DNA of 64,000 nucleotides, taken from the NCBI GenBank assembly GCA_038883855.1, contig JAVZLH010000001.1:64001-128000 (forward strand). Direction: 5' to 3'. Under the pieces are notes generated by a model, which was not told the origin of the DNA, searched no databases, and was given only the letters and a program-made list of their open reading frames with translations. A program made the position numbers and the translations under genes. Within the stretch, counting starts at the first letter, position 1; every line of letters begins with the position of its first letter. Shown here one piece after another: positions 31,130 to 41,800 of the stretch. This DNA is from Candidatus Bathyarchaeia archaeon. Lineage in GTDB: Archaea; Thermoproteota; Bathyarchaeia; Bathyarchaeales; Bathycorpusculaceae.

Positions 31130-32338
31130 ATGCGGAACATAATAATTGAAGATTTGAAGCAAACGCCATTAGAAAAACAACGGATCGAAATCGTTGAAAG
31201 AAAAGGCTTAGGACATCCGGATTATATCTGCGACGCAGTTATGGACAGCATTTCCGTGCGCCTAAGCAAAGAATACTTGGACAAAGCGGGAACAATACTG
31301 CACCACAACTTAGACAAGTCACTTCTTGTAGCCGGTGAAGCAGAACCAAAATTTGGGGGCGGCATCTTAAAACAACCCATGCTTTTCGTGTTCGGCGATA
31401 GGGCAACAACAGAATTTGAAGGAGTAAAAATAGACGTCAATGAAATAGCTATAAACACAGCGAAAGAATGGTTTAAGAAAAACATGCGTTTTATTGACCC
31501 AGAAAAACACATAAGATATCAAGTTGAGCTAAAACCTGGCTCTGCTGGTCTCGTAGACATATTTAAAAGAAAAGGAAAAGTTCTCGGCGCTAACGACACA
31601 TCAGCCGCTGTGGGTTATGCACCGATGACGCGAACCGAAAAGATAGTTTTAGAACTTGAAAGATACCTCAACTCCAAAGAGTTTAAAAACCGTTTTCCCG
31701 AATCAGGCGAAGACATAAAGGTAATGGGATTCAGAAATAGCAATAACCTAAAATTGACGGTTGCTATGGCGTTTGTTGACCGTTTCATAAACAGCGAAGG
31801 AAACTATTTTGAAAAAAAGGCGAAAATTCAAGAGGAAATACAAAAATTTGTCTCATCCAATACAGACTTCGAAAAAATCGACATACAGCTCAACACTCTC
31901 GACGCGCCTGGAAGAGGATTAGGCGGCTTATACTTAACGGTTTTAGGCACAAGCGCAGATAGCGGTGACTCTGGGCAAGTTGGTCGAGGAAACCGTGTAA
32001 ATGGTCTAATATCACTAAATAGACCTTTCTGCTCCGAAGCTGCGGCGGGCAAAAACCCAGTAAGCCACGTTGGGAAGATCTACAATGTTTTAACTTACAA
32101 GATAGCTCAGCACGTTTATGATGAAGTGCCTGAAGTCGAGGAGGTTTACATTTGGCTTCTAAGCAAAATCGGTAGTCCTATAGATCAGCCGGCTGTGGCT
32201 GCAGCCCAAGTTGTGATGCGGGGCGGCAACTCTCTAGAAAAGGTTAGGCGCAAAATAGGCGAGGTTTTGGATTACGAGCTGGAGAACATAGAGAGTTTTT
32301 GCATGGAGTTGGCTCAAGGAAAGATCCAAACATACTAA
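31130..32338 (+). CDS. mat: Archaeal S-adenosylmethionine synthetase
   Basis: EIVERKGLGHPD, HHNLDK, ANDTS, GQVGRGNRVNG, GKNPVSHVGKIY. Confidence 0.96.
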   Translation: MRNIIIEDLKQTPLEKQRIEIVERKGLGHPDYICDAVMDSISVRLSKEYLDKAGTILHHNLDKSLLVAGEAEPKFGGGILKQPMLFVFGDRATTEFEGVKIDVNEIAINTAKEWFKKNMRFIDPEKHIRYQVELKPGSAGLVDIFKRKGKVLGANDTSAAVGYAPMTRTEKIVLELERYLNSKEFKNRFPESGEDIKVMGFRNSNNLKLTVAMAFVDRFINSEGNYFEKKAKIQEEIQKFVSSNTDFEKIDIQLNTLDAPGRGLGGLYLTVLGTSADSGDSGQVGRGNRVNGLISLNRPFCSEAAAGKNPVSHVGKIYNVLTYKIAQHVYDEVPEVEEVYIWLLSKIGSPIDQPAVAAAQVVMRGGNSLEKVRRKIGEVLDYELENIESFCMELAQGKIQTY

Positions 32339-32386
32339 AGACATAAATGAGCAATTGTTATATTCGTAGGGAAAGGCGAAGCTTGA

Positions 32387-32647
32387 ATGTCTGGAACAGA
32401 AGAGAAGCTCCCAATATCAGAATTCTATAAGGTTGTTGATTATGTTACCATTTTTAAAAGTGAAAAATGGTGGGAGGCAATAGTGATTTTTGAATCTTTT
32501 GGAAGGCGGTCAATAGGCTTGTACCTTTGGCAGAAAAGGAATGGCGCTTGGAAAAGGAAACATAAGTTTAACATCAGGAATCTTGAGGAGTGGAATAAAC
32601 TTAAGAACGCGATAGAACAGCTCGCTCCTAAACTGCTGTCAAAGTAG
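32387..32647 (+). CDS. Conserved hypothetical protein
   Basis: 86-aa Trp-rich ORF (YLWQKRNGAWKRKHKF). Confidence 0.7.
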   Translation: MSGTEEKLPISEFYKVVDYVTIFKSEKWWEAIVIFESFGRRSIGLYLWQKRNGAWKRKHKFNIRNLEEWNKLKNAIEQLAPKLLSK

Positions 32648-32743
32648 TTTTTCATATTCTAAATTCTTATTCAAAAAACGAATCTGAAATTGGATAGTCT
32701 TATTAATTCACGCTAACAACAAAAACGCAAGAAGGCGAAGAGC

Positions 32744-33129
32744 ATGGCAACCGAGCAAGAGAATCAAGAAGAGATTCACCTTAAAGAAGGCGAAGAAAAT
32801 ATCCAATACATGGAAGGCGAACAAGAAGCCACAGTGGAAATTGAAGAGCAAGAACAAGCAAAAATAATTGATTTGAGGCGAAACAATCAATGGGCTGTCA
32901 GAAGCAGCTTTGTTCACGGGCTTTCCGTTGGACTCGGGATTGGGTGCTTAGCCACTTTCGTTATAATTTGGATAGCTGTATTTTTCACTCCGCAGCTGCC
33001 GTCTTCAGTGACATATGAGAGCCTGCTATCCATATTCATATATCCAATGGTCTACTACTAACAGTAGGTTTGGTTGCGTTAACAGCTGGAATAGTTAGAG
33101 AATACTATACTCTAAAAGATAAATTATAG
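32744..33129 (+). pseudogene. Two-TM membrane protein with a -1 frameshift near 33055 (pseudogene or sequencing error)
   Basis: ORF stops at PMVYY*; adding one C continues as PMVYLLTVGLVALTAGIVREYYTLKDKL*, completing the second TM helix. Confidence 0.6.
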
Positions 33130-33191
33130 ACGCCAAGGTCTCTTTCCAAAACAGTTTTAATAATTGCTGCTAAAACTATAATTGTGAAACT

Positions 33192-33821
33192 ATGCCTTAC
33201 TTATTCAGAAAACATCTGGAAAATATTGTGGGCGAAAAAGCTCCCGGGCCACCTCCCACATTCTCTGTTCTCCATATTTTGCGGGCATTTGAGCTCATAG
33301 CGGAAAAACCCACCGGACGCAGAAAACTCGCTGAGAACTTAAATGTAGGAGAGGGAGCTATCCGCACGATAATTAGTAGACTAAAAGATGCTGGCTTAGT
33401 TACAACTTCAAATGCTGGCTGCATCCTTACAGACAAAGGTCTAAGGTTGTTTAAGGAGTACCGGTCTTTTTTTAAGAAAAAGATCGAAATTAGAAAAAAT
33501 GAGTTAACCATCGCCAAACATAGTATTGCGGTTTTAATCAAAAATTGCGGGCATAAAGTAAAATCAGGTGTTGAACAGCGGGACGCAGCGATAATGGCTG
33601 GCGCGAAGGGTGCCACGACCATGCTGTTTAAGAAAGGACGTTTAATAATTCCAACTGTAAGCGACGATGTAGCTAAAGATTTTCCTGAAACAGCAAGTCA
33701 AATATTGACCTCTATGAATCCGGAAGAGGGTGATGTAATTGTTGTATCTAGCGCTGACTCTTTGGAAAAAGCTGAATATGGAGCCTTAGCTGCTGCATGG
33801 ATGCTGCTTGATGACTGTTAG
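33192..33821 (+). CDS. wHTH regulator with DUF4443-like C-terminal domain
   Basis: GRRKLAENLNVGEGAIRTII HTH; GVEQRDAAIMAGAKGATT. Confidence 0.82.
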   Translation: MPYLFRKHLENIVGEKAPGPPPTFSVLHILRAFELIAEKPTGRRKLAENLNVGEGAIRTIISRLKDAGLVTTSNAGCILTDKGLRLFKEYRSFFKKKIEIRKNELTIAKHSIAVLIKNCGHKVKSGVEQRDAAIMAGAKGATTMLFKKGRLIIPTVSDDVAKDFPETASQILTSMNPEEGDVIVVSSADSLEKAEYGALAAAWMLLDDC

Positions 33822-33872
33822 AGGAAGCAGATTGATAAAAATGTGTCTTAGACAAGAAGCGAAAAGATGATG

Positions 33873-34634
33873 TTAATACGTGTATTTTTCTCCGCCGGAT
33901 AAAATGCGTTCTAAGGCCATGTTAAAGTTAATCATTCCCTCATTCGTTTTTGCTGAAATTGGAATCAGCAGAAACCTTAAACCTAAGTGGTGAATTGCTC
34001 GCATCATGTTTCTACTTAGCAAACGTTTTGTTCCTTCGAGTTTTTGTTCTATTGCAAACTCTAAGGCTTTGGGGTTAGATGACCACTCTACTATTTTGTC
34101 TACCTCTTCCTTTGGAAGTAAATCGCATTTCGATAGCAAGTGCACTTGAGGTAGGAAAAAACGGTTATAGACAGCAGCGGACAAGAAAAGGTTTGAAACG
34201 TAATTTAACGGGTTAGCTGAAAAAACCGCGTCAAACAAGTAGACTATGACTTTTGGCTCTCTCGTTAATTCATTGGCAATGTATGGCCCAGCAGCCCTAA
34301 AAGCAAACAACTCCATCTGTCCGGGCGTATCTACCAAAACAATATCCGACCTCAAATCTTCAATTTCGTCAGAAATTTTTTCAATTTCGTCTGCAACTAA
34401 GTCGGCAGCCATTATTAAGGCGCCGTTTGGGCCTAAACCATACTTTTCCATCAAATCTGCAATGTTGATGTAATCGCGGACATCTACATCTGGTGAATAC
34501 GGAAGTGTTAAGGCTCCTGGGTCGAGGTTGACAATTGCAACATCTTGCTTATTCATTTTGAGCCATTCTCCAAATGTTGCAGTTAGCAGAGACTTTCCAG
34601 AGCCTGCTGTTCCTATTATAAAGACTATAAACAT
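33873..34634 (-). CDS. GPN-loop GTPase
   Basis: GTAGSGKS, NLDPG, GLGPNGA, DTPGQMELF. Confidence 0.95.
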   Translation of the reverse strand: MFIVFIIGTAGSGKSLLTATFGEWLKMNKQDVAIVNLDPGALTLPYSPDVDVRDYINIADLMEKYGLGPNGALIMAADLVADEIEKISDEIEDLRSDIVLVDTPGQMELFAFRAAGPYIANELTREPKVIVYLFDAVFSANPLNYVSNLFLSAAVYNRFFLPQVHLLSKCDLLPKEEVDKIVEWSSNPKALEFAIEQKLEGTKRLLSRNMMRAIHHLGLRFLLIPISAKTNEGMINFNMALERILSGGEKYTY

Positions 34635-34704
34635 TTGTGATCCCTTTCGATAGAGATGGTTTGTTAAGTATCAATATTTCGCTTAATTAAAGTCTTTATA
34701 GTTA

Positions 34705-35899
34705 TTATGGGATTTCAGGAATCTGCGGTTGCGGTTTAGAGATATCTTGTTTCGTTTGTCTCGTTGTTAAGTAGACGGCTAAACCAATGCAGGCTAAACA
34801 ACACATGCTATTAATAACAAGATGAAGAATGAAGACACTATTGCTACGGTCTGAACTGGGCTGTCTGCCCCTATGTAATCTTCATTTCCAGACCAGCTGG
34901 CCCGAACATAGCATATACCTGCTGCATCTGTGATCCAAACATATGTGAACTTTCCGTTGGAATCCGTGACTGCATTTCCCAAAACAATCCATGGCGAATT
35001 ATTGATTCTTACGTAAATTGTGATGTTTTCGCTTTGGAGTGCTGGCAAAAGCTGTCCTAAAACGTTACTGACCAACCTTGAAAAACTAAAGTTGATGAAA
35101 CCGACAGCGAAATTGTTGAAGTTTCAATGTTTTCGTAGGTTGCGGAGACTTGTCCTGGAGCTTGTTGTTCACAGTTTTCTAGGGTGATTACTTGCACAGG
35201 GACATTTTTTAGGCCGTCGGGTATTTCGCCGACTCTCCAGCCATTTTGAAGGTCTCCACCTGTGCACTCAGCTACATAATACCTAACATGGTTATAAGTT
35301 ACATAGTAGGCTGGTTCACGGGAGTCTTGGGGTGCATGGGAGAGGCTGACACCGACGTTCATGTGAGATGCATTCTCGTAGTATAGTAAGACAGTGTCGA
35401 GACCGCCAGCTTTCATGATTGAGGCAGCAATGTAGGAGAAAAGGTCGCAGTCTCCCTGGTTTTCGACAATGGTCTCCACGGGATATTTAACTGGCAAGGT
35501 TTCCACGTAGGGTATTTGGTGCACAATCATTAACACGCTGTTTGCAAAGTCTTCATTATCGCTGTATTTTTCTCTGAGGCGGTCGGCTATTGGTTTTAAA
35601 GCATCTGGAGTGACAAACTTTGCAAAGTCACTTTCTGAATGTAGTGTATGGCTTTGTCCGCGATAATAGTCATAAAGCGACTGCTGAACAGCGACATTCA
35701 GCCGATAAATAACAGAACCGCCCGGCTCGTTTAGAAGCTGATATGAGATACTGTAGTTTTGCGACTGGCAAAATGGAGCAAAATAGGAAAATGTAAGAGG
35801 AAAAACCGTTATCGCTATGGCTGTTGCTGAAAGTTTATGCCTCATTTTCTTGAAATATGCAAAATTTCTAAAATATGGTTTTTGCGATTTTTTAATCAA
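34705..35899 (-). pseudogene. Secreted, membrane-anchored transglutaminase-like (Cys-His-acid) protein with Ig-like domain; two -1 frameshifts
   Basis: Signal-like N-terminus, YPVETIVENQGDCD, HMNVGV, YYVAECT; one added T at about 35060 and one at about 34797 give a continuous ORF ending in a TM helix and tail. Confidence 0.7.
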
Positions 35900-35935
35900 T
35901 AGCAGAAATAATCTTGAAACAAGCTTCTACTTGAC

Positions 35936-36730
35936 TTAAATTTTCAAAAAGTTTTTTTGTCTGCAGTTAAACAAACAAGTGTGAGTGTAACCCACTTTCT
36001 TGGCTAATTTTATCGCTTCTCTGAAATTTCTGCCTACATCCTCTGGTTGGTGCGCGTCTGAACCGAAAACTATGGGAACGTTGTAACTGTGTAATATTTT
36101 CAAGAATTGTTCGCTTGGATAAATCTCATTACATGGTTTTCTTAATCCAGCGGTATTGATTTCTGCGCAGATGTTTGATTTTGCCATGGCTTCGGCAACT
36201 TCCACAAGCATTTGGGAAAAATCGTTTTTTGGTTTAAATCCGAATATTTTGATAAGGTCTGGATGCGCCAAAACATCAAAAAGACCACTTTTACACAATT
36301 TTTTAACTATGCCAAAATACTCCTCATAAACTTGAAAAGTGTCCCTTTTTGCGTGCTCGTGAATTTGGGTTGGGTGGTCGATAGCCCACCTTCCAATAAA
36401 GTGTACCGCCCCAATAACATAATCAAAAGGATGTCTTTGAATGAATTCCCTAATTTTTTCTTCATCACCAATAATGAAATCTATTTCAACACCTAATTTG
36501 AGTGACGATTCTGCTTGTTCCTTCAAATGTAGGAATTGCCGAAGGTAGGTTGGCATTGACTTAATAGGCATAGATGGCGCATCTTTTATTTCATGAAATG
36601 AAACATGTTCAGAAAAACCTATTTCGTTTAGTGCCTTTTCCTTTGCTTTCCTTACATATTCTTCCATCGACCCCTTTGCATCTGGGGAGTTTTCCGTGTG
36701 AATATGGTAATCAGCAAGCATTTTCTTCAC
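35936..36730 (-). CDS. Histidinol-phosphatase, PHP (HisJ/HisK) family
   Basis: DYHIHT, SEH, GAVH, AHPDL, EINT, GSDAH. Confidence 0.9.
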   Translation of the reverse strand: MKKMLADYHIHTENSPDAKGSMEEYVRKAKEKALNEIGFSEHVSFHEIKDAPSMPIKSMPTYLRQFLHLKEQAESSLKLGVEIDFIIGDEEKIREFIQRHPFDYVIGAVHFIGRWAIDHPTQIHEHAKRDTFQVYEEYFGIVKKLCKSGLFDVLAHPDLIKIFGFKPKNDFSQMLVEVAEAMAKSNICAEINTAGLRKPCNEIYPSEQFLKILHSYNVPIVFGSDAHQPEDVGRNFREAIKLAKKVGYTHTCLFNCRQKNFLKI

Positions 36731-36735
36731 AGAGC

Positions 36736-37554
36736 TTATTTTTTGGGCACTTTGATTTTCCCGCCACTTTTCTGCACGAGTTCTGTCAATTGAGCTATGG
36801 TTTTTCCGAGACGTTCCCGTGCGATTTTAGAATCTTTAGCTGTTGTTGATATGTGAAGTTCAATGTGGGGTTTTTTCTCTACACCCTTGGGATGCGATTT
36901 TATGTAAACATAGGGATTATCGTGCATCGCCTGGTCGATTAAAGGCGCTAACGTGGACTCAGGTATGCCCTCTGTATAAATGCTTGTTTCAAAAAACATG
37001 TTTCCCTCAGCTTCCTTTTTGAGCAAAGGTGAAATAGACTGTTCAAAAATGGCTTCCATTTCCGAGGGCACACCTGGCAAAGCTATCAAAAATGTCTCGT
37101 CAATGATTATTTGTACGCCTGGGGCTGTTCCCACAGGATTTGGCAGTGGTTCTGCTCCTTCCGGAAGCGTTGCCATTTTAACTCTCGCGGACGTAAGTTC
37201 AGCTTTCTCAATTTTTCCTTCTTTTGCGTACGCCTCATACCTTTCTTTAACCATTGCTAAGGCTTTGTCGTTAACTTCCAGTTTGCGGTTTAATGCTTTG
37301 GCGATGCCTTCCAGTGTTTTGTCATCGAACGTTGGACCAAGCCCGCCAGTTGTTATTATGAACTTTGGTTTTCTTTGTAAAGCCTCTTTTACGGCGTTGG
37401 CGATTTCGTCGACATCATCTCCTACAACTGTTATTCGTTTTACCGTTATCCCGAGAGAAGTGGCGCGTTTAGCCATCCAGTGGGCGTTTGTGTTTAATAT
37501 TTTGCCTATTAGCAGTTCGTAGCCGATGCATATTATCTCCATCTGTTGAGTCAT
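36736..37554 (-). CDS. CinA N-terminal (molybdopterin-binding-like) domain protein
   Basis: IGYELLIG..LNTNA, TTGGLGPTFDDKT, NPVGTAPG, LPGVPSEM, YIKSHP. Confidence 0.88.
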   Translation of the reverse strand: MTQQMEIICIGYELLIGKILNTNAHWMAKRATSLGITVKRITVVGDDVDEIANAVKEALQRKPKFIITTGGLGPTFDDKTLEGIAKALNRKLEVNDKALAMVKERYEAYAKEGKIEKAELTSARVKMATLPEGAEPLPNPVGTAPGVQIIIDETFLIALPGVPSEMEAIFEQSISPLLKKEAEGNMFFETSIYTEGIPESTLAPLIDQAMHDNPYVYIKSHPKGVEKKPHIELHISTTAKDSKIARERLGKTIAQLTELVQKSGGKIKVPKK

Positions 37555-37935
37555 TTCCTCGTTCTCCCGCACGAATCCTAGAATTGAAATAAACTGTCTG
37601 TTTTATAAGCTGTCTGTTTTATACGTTTACTACCGTTATATTACACTTTTTCTTTCTTGGGGCTATAAACTGTTTTAAAATCTAATTCTTGCAAAGAACT
37701 AAAGTTAAGTTTTTCTGTTTAGCATTGTTAAATGGCGAGTTTAATAAAAGAGGATATTATGGAAAAGACCGTCTTTAAGTAGCCTATATGGTTGTTGAAG
37801 GATAGACATCTTGGGAAGAAGCGTTTAACTACTGCTGGGTTGTAATTTTGTGGGGGAGGATATACTTTGGTTGGTTTAGGGCTCTCGGGCAAGTTTAAGA
37901 AGTTTCAATGCCAACTAATTGCATAAATGGCTGGT

Positions 37936-38139
37936 TTAAGGTGTTTTTACATGCTTAAGTTTTTCGCTTGCTTGCTCTCCGCCTATTCCCCAATTTTCTT
38001 TTGGAACTTCATGGATTAAGACTTCAACTGCTTCGGCTGGTATACCCATATCAGTAAAAACCTTTGTTACACCCTCTATTACTTTCTTCTTAGCCTCGTT
38101 TGAGAATCCTTTCCAAACATACACGTGAACAGTTGGCAT
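37936..38139 (-). CDS. 4-oxalocrotonate tautomerase-family protein
   Basis: N-terminal Pro; EVPKENWGIGG. Confidence 0.9.
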   Translation of the reverse strand: MPTVHVYVWKGFSNEAKKKVIEGVTKVFTDMGIPAEAVEVLIHEVPKENWGIGGEQASEKLKHVKTP

Positions 38140-38194
38140 AAACTAAGGTTTTACAATAACATTATTTAAAGTTTTACTGTTCTTTCTTGTGCGG

Positions 38195-38401
38195 TTATTT
38201 TTTCTTGCTGAGCCACCACTTTAAGTATTCCTTTTTTCTCTTCTCCCGTTCTTCCCCCTCATTTTCGAATGAGGGTCTTAGTTTTTCTCTTAGTTCTATG
38301 AGTTCTTGCTGTGTTACGGATAAGCCGCAACTTTTACATATATAGTGTTTTGTAGCTATAACATAATGCATTTCTCCACCGCATTCTGGGCAATATGGCA
38401 T
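38195..38401 (-). CDS. Small zinc-ribbon protein
   Basis: CPECGG...CKSCG; C-terminal EYLKWW. Confidence 0.75.
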   Translation of the reverse strand: MPYCPECGGEMHYVIATKHYICKSCGLSVTQQELIELREKLRPSFENEGEEREKRKKEYLKWWLSKKK

Positions 38402-38435
38402 TCTTATTCACTTCTGTCTTTAGATGGCGCATGCT

Positions 38436-39326
38436 TTAAGAAATAGCTTTCGATAACCTATCCGCTTCCTTTATGGCTTCAAGAGCAACTTCAATCATTT
38501 CATCATCAGGTTTCTTCGTTGTAAGATACTGAAGAGCTAAACCTGGTGCAACCAAAGCCTTCATGATTTTTGAGTTTCTATATTTGTCGCTAAACCTTAA
38601 AATTTCGTAGGATATTGCGCCAATTACTGGGATTAGAAGGATTCTGTAGGCGACGTTCATGTAGAATCCTAAGTTTGGCATTAACGATAGTAGGATTATT
38701 GTAATTAATAAGACTGTGAATAGAAAGGAGGTTCCGCATCTCGGGTGGAAACGTGAAAATTTTTTAGCTTCCTGAACGGTTAAATCAATCCCTGCTTCGT
38801 AGGCGTTTATGGCCATATGTTCTGCACCATGATATTGGAGAACTCTTCTAAATTCTTCAATTAAAGAAATGGCCGCTAAATATGCTAGAAAAATTCCAAT
38901 TCGGATTATGCTTTCTACTATGTAAAAGGGTGTTCCGCTGAGGTTTAGGGTTCCAGACAAGAAGGTTGTTATAAAAAACGGTAATAGTGTAAACAGAAAT
39001 ATGGCGAGGGCAAAGGCGAAAACTACTGTTAAAACCGCTTCTTTTGTATTTAGCTTTTCTCCTTCCTCTATGTTTGCGTTTGCAGAAAAAAGCAGCCCTT
39101 TAATGCCTAAATATAAATTTTCAAACAATGCTATGATTCCGCGTAGAAATGGTGCTCTTAAAACTTTATGCCTTTCAGAAATTGATTTTATTTCTTCCAC
39201 TTTTTTCAGTATTTGTTTGTTTGGTTGTTTAATGCAGATTACCATGTGTTTTCTGGAGCGAATCATGACGCCTTCTATTACTGCTTGTCCGCCGAACGCC
39301 ACCGAAGGTTCTTTTTGTTCTTTCAA
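38436..39326 (-). CDS. DUF1385-family membrane protein
   Basis: GGQAVIEGVM, YHGAEH, HPRCGTSF, LQYLTT.PD. Confidence 0.92.
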   Translation of the reverse strand: MKEQKEPSVAFGGQAVIEGVMIRSRKHMVICIKQPNKQILKKVEEIKSISERHKVLRAPFLRGIIALFENLYLGIKGLLFSANANIEEGEKLNTKEAVLTVVFAFALAIFLFTLLPFFITTFLSGTLNLSGTPFYIVESIIRIGIFLAYLAAISLIEEFRRVLQYHGAEHMAINAYEAGIDLTVQEAKKFSRFHPRCGTSFLFTVLLITIILLSLMPNLGFYMNVAYRILLIPVIGAISYEILRFSDKYRNSKIMKALVAPGLALQYLTTKKPDDEMIEVALEAIKEADRLSKAIS

Positions 39327-39379
39327 AGAGTTTTCACACTTTCTTTAAAGATACTCTAATTTTTTGCTGTTCTGCGTGT

Positions 39380-40468
39380 TTAGGTTATGAAGTTTTGTAG
39401 TTTTGCTTCTTTGGCTAAGCTTATGGCTTTTTGCATTTCTTCTCGTGTTAGTCTCCGCCGCAGTTCTGGTATTTCATATGCTCGCCATTCTGGTCTGTAC
39501 TGGAACATGACGTTTACTCTTGTTTCCGTGCCAAGGTTTTCAGCTATCCAGTTTAGGATGGGTCTTGTGCAGCATTCTAAGTGGTTTGGCAAGACGAGCA
39601 CGCGTATTATTAGTTCGCCGTATTTTTTCGCCATTAAGTGGTTTTGGGTGCAGACTTGCCAGTAGTTTGGCGTGTCGGAAATTTTTTCGGCGCATTCACT
39701 GGGGCCGTACTTGAAGTCTAGGAGGTAGACATCAGCGAATCCAGCTAGCAACTGTGCTGTTTCTGGGCTGTAGTAGGTGTTTGAGTTCCAGACTATTGGG
39801 ATGTTTGTGTTTACGTGTTTGAAGGTTTTTAGCCATTGTTGGAGCCATGGTGTTGGTTCTCCGCCGACGAGGTTGGCGTTTCTGCATCCGTTTTGGCGTA
39901 GGGTTTCGACTTCTTTTGCCAGTTCTTTTGGTGTGTAGACTGTTCCGTTTTCTATCCACTGGGAGATTGTCCAGTTTTGGCAGTGGCGGCAGCGCATGGT
40001 GCATCCCATTGTGAAGATTGTTCCTGAAGGCACAAGTTCTGGTTCTTCGCCCATGTGTTCGAAGATGCTTGAAACCACTATGTCTAAGCCGCATCTGCAA
40101 TAGCCCAATTTGCCTTCCAGTCTGTTGACGCTGCATCTGCGGGTGCAGAAGTGGCAGTTACGAAGGATTCTGTTTGCAATTTCGATTTTCAAGTCAAGAT
40201 AAGATTTTTCCGGGTTTTCTTTTGACAACTTTCTTTTTCCAGCGTCAACCTCTCTTTCAACGCTATAAAATTCCCGTGTGAGGTCTGCATGTTTTCTCCA
40301 AAGCTCTTCTGTCGAGTCTTTTTCGCTGAATTCTGCTGGAATTGCCTTGGCTATTTTGAACTTGGCGGGGCGTTTGTCTTTCATAACAGCGAAGTATCTG
40401 TTTAGGCTTTTCTGTGCCATTTTGTCGTTTAACACTGCTATGGCATCTGAACGGAGGAGTCTCCACAT
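39380..40468 (-). CDS. Radical SAM protein, PflX-like
   Basis: CHFCTRRC, HMGEEPEL, CTMRCRHCQNW, VGGEP, MFQYRP. Confidence 0.9.
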   Translation of the reverse strand: MWRLLRSDAIAVLNDKMAQKSLNRYFAVMKDKRPAKFKIAKAIPAEFSEKDSTEELWRKHADLTREFYSVEREVDAGKRKLSKENPEKSYLDLKIEIANRILRNCHFCTRRCSVNRLEGKLGYCRCGLDIVVSSIFEHMGEEPELVPSGTIFTMGCTMRCRHCQNWTISQWIENGTVYTPKELAKEVETLRQNGCRNANLVGGEPTPWLQQWLKTFKHVNTNIPIVWNSNTYYSPETAQLLAGFADVYLLDFKYGPSECAEKISDTPNYWQVCTQNHLMAKKYGELIIRVLVLPNHLECCTRPILNWIAENLGTETRVNVMFQYRPEWRAYEIPELRRRLTREEMQKAISLAKEAKLQNFIT

Positions 40469-40658
40469 AACTCTTCTAATTAGTATGGGTGGAAACGTCA
40501 AAATAAAAGTATAGCTTGAAATTTTTCATCGTTTTGGTGTGTTTTCAAACCAATAGCAGACCTCTCCCTCTAGTTTTTAACAGCCAATTTTGTCTTGCTA
40601 TTTTACCCTAAATTGGGCTAGCCCCCCAGAATTTTGCTAGGCTTAGCTGGTTGCACTG

Positions 40659-41708
40659 TTAGAATAGGGCGTAGGGGTAGGAGTATCCGCTTGGGTGCAG
40701 CTTACCCTTAATTGGGATTTCGTGTCCGCAGACTGGGCAGCGCATGTCCTTTGTCAAATTCCACCTTACTATTTCAAAACTATAGCGTTTAATCACCATT
40801 TCATTGCAGTTTGGGCAGTATGTGTTTTCGTAGGGGTGTCCCGGTACGTTTCCAATATACACGTAATTTAGTCCCGCGTTTTTTGCAGTTAAGCAAGCCT
40901 TTTCCAATGTTTCGATCGGAGTGGAAGGTATTGTGGTCAATTTGTAGTCTGGGTGGAACCGTAAAAGGTGGAAGGGCGTGTCCTTTCCCAGCGCGTCTCT
41001 TATCCATGTTGCAAGCTTCTCTATCCTTTCAAGCGAATCCCCTATCTTCGGAATAACCAAGTTTGTGATTTCAATGTGGATATCATTCCTTTTCATTTCC
41101 TTCAAGGCTTCGTAAATTGGCTCAACAGAAGGAACTGAAGAAAAAGTTTTGTAGAACTCGGGTTCTCCGCCGCCTTTAAAATCCACTGTTGCCGCGTCTA
41201 AGTAAGGTGCTATGGTTTTAACTGCTTCTGGCGTCATGTAACCGTTCGTCACAAAAGTGTTGAAGAACCCGACTTGGTGGGCGAGTTTAGCCGTGTCGTA
41301 AGCGTATTCCATGAAAATTGTTGGTTCAGTGTAAGTGTAGCTTATGCCTTGACAACCATTATCTCTCGTTGCCTTCACAACTTCTTCTGGCGGAAAATGC
41401 TTGCCTGCAATCTCCTTCTCTTGGCTTATCATCCAGTTGTCGCAAAAGCGGCAGCGAAAGTTGCAGCCAACTGTGGCGATGGACATGACAAGCGCTCCAG
41501 GGTGAAAATGCAAAAGTGGCTTTTTCGTTATTGGGTCTACACAGGCGGAGATGGCTTTGGCGTAAACAAGTGAAAAAAGCGTGCCCCCCTCATTTTTTCT
41601 CACTAGGCAGAAGCCTGTTCCACCATCGTTTATGACGCATCTTCTTCCACAAAGGTTGCATCTAACTTTTTTGTTTTCCAGCTTTTCGTAAAGCATGGCT
41701 TCAATCAA
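40659..41708 (-). CDS. amrS: AmmeMemoRadiSam-system radical SAM enzyme
   Basis: CNLCGRRC, DPITKKPL.HF.PG, GCNFRCRFCDNW, YTYTEP, RFHP, YIGNV, CPNC. Confidence 0.9.
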   Translation of the reverse strand: MIEAMLYEKLENKKVRCNLCGRRCVINDGGTGFCLVRKNEGGTLFSLVYAKAISACVDPITKKPLLHFHPGALVMSIATVGCNFRCRFCDNWMISQEKEIAGKHFPPEEVVKATRDNGCQGISYTYTEPTIFMEYAYDTAKLAHQVGFFNTFVTNGYMTPEAVKTIAPYLDAATVDFKGGGEPEFYKTFSSVPSVEPIYEALKEMKRNDIHIEITNLVIPKIGDSLERIEKLATWIRDALGKDTPFHLLRFHPDYKLTTIPSTPIETLEKACLTAKNAGLNYVYIGNVPGHPYENTYCPNCNEMVIKRYSFEIVRWNLTKDMRCPVCGHEIPIKGKLHPSGYSYPYALF

Positions 41709-41800
41709 TTGTTACTCCTACCCTCTTTGTGTGGAAACTTCCACTATTAAAAGCAATGTTTAGCACTATTTTAACGTTAAACATTAAAGTTTAATTTGCG

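Noticed and set aside
40502-40658. Possible structured RNA between the two radical SAM genes
   Set aside because: Only short, imperfect, mutually competing stems; not distinguishable from chance by eye.
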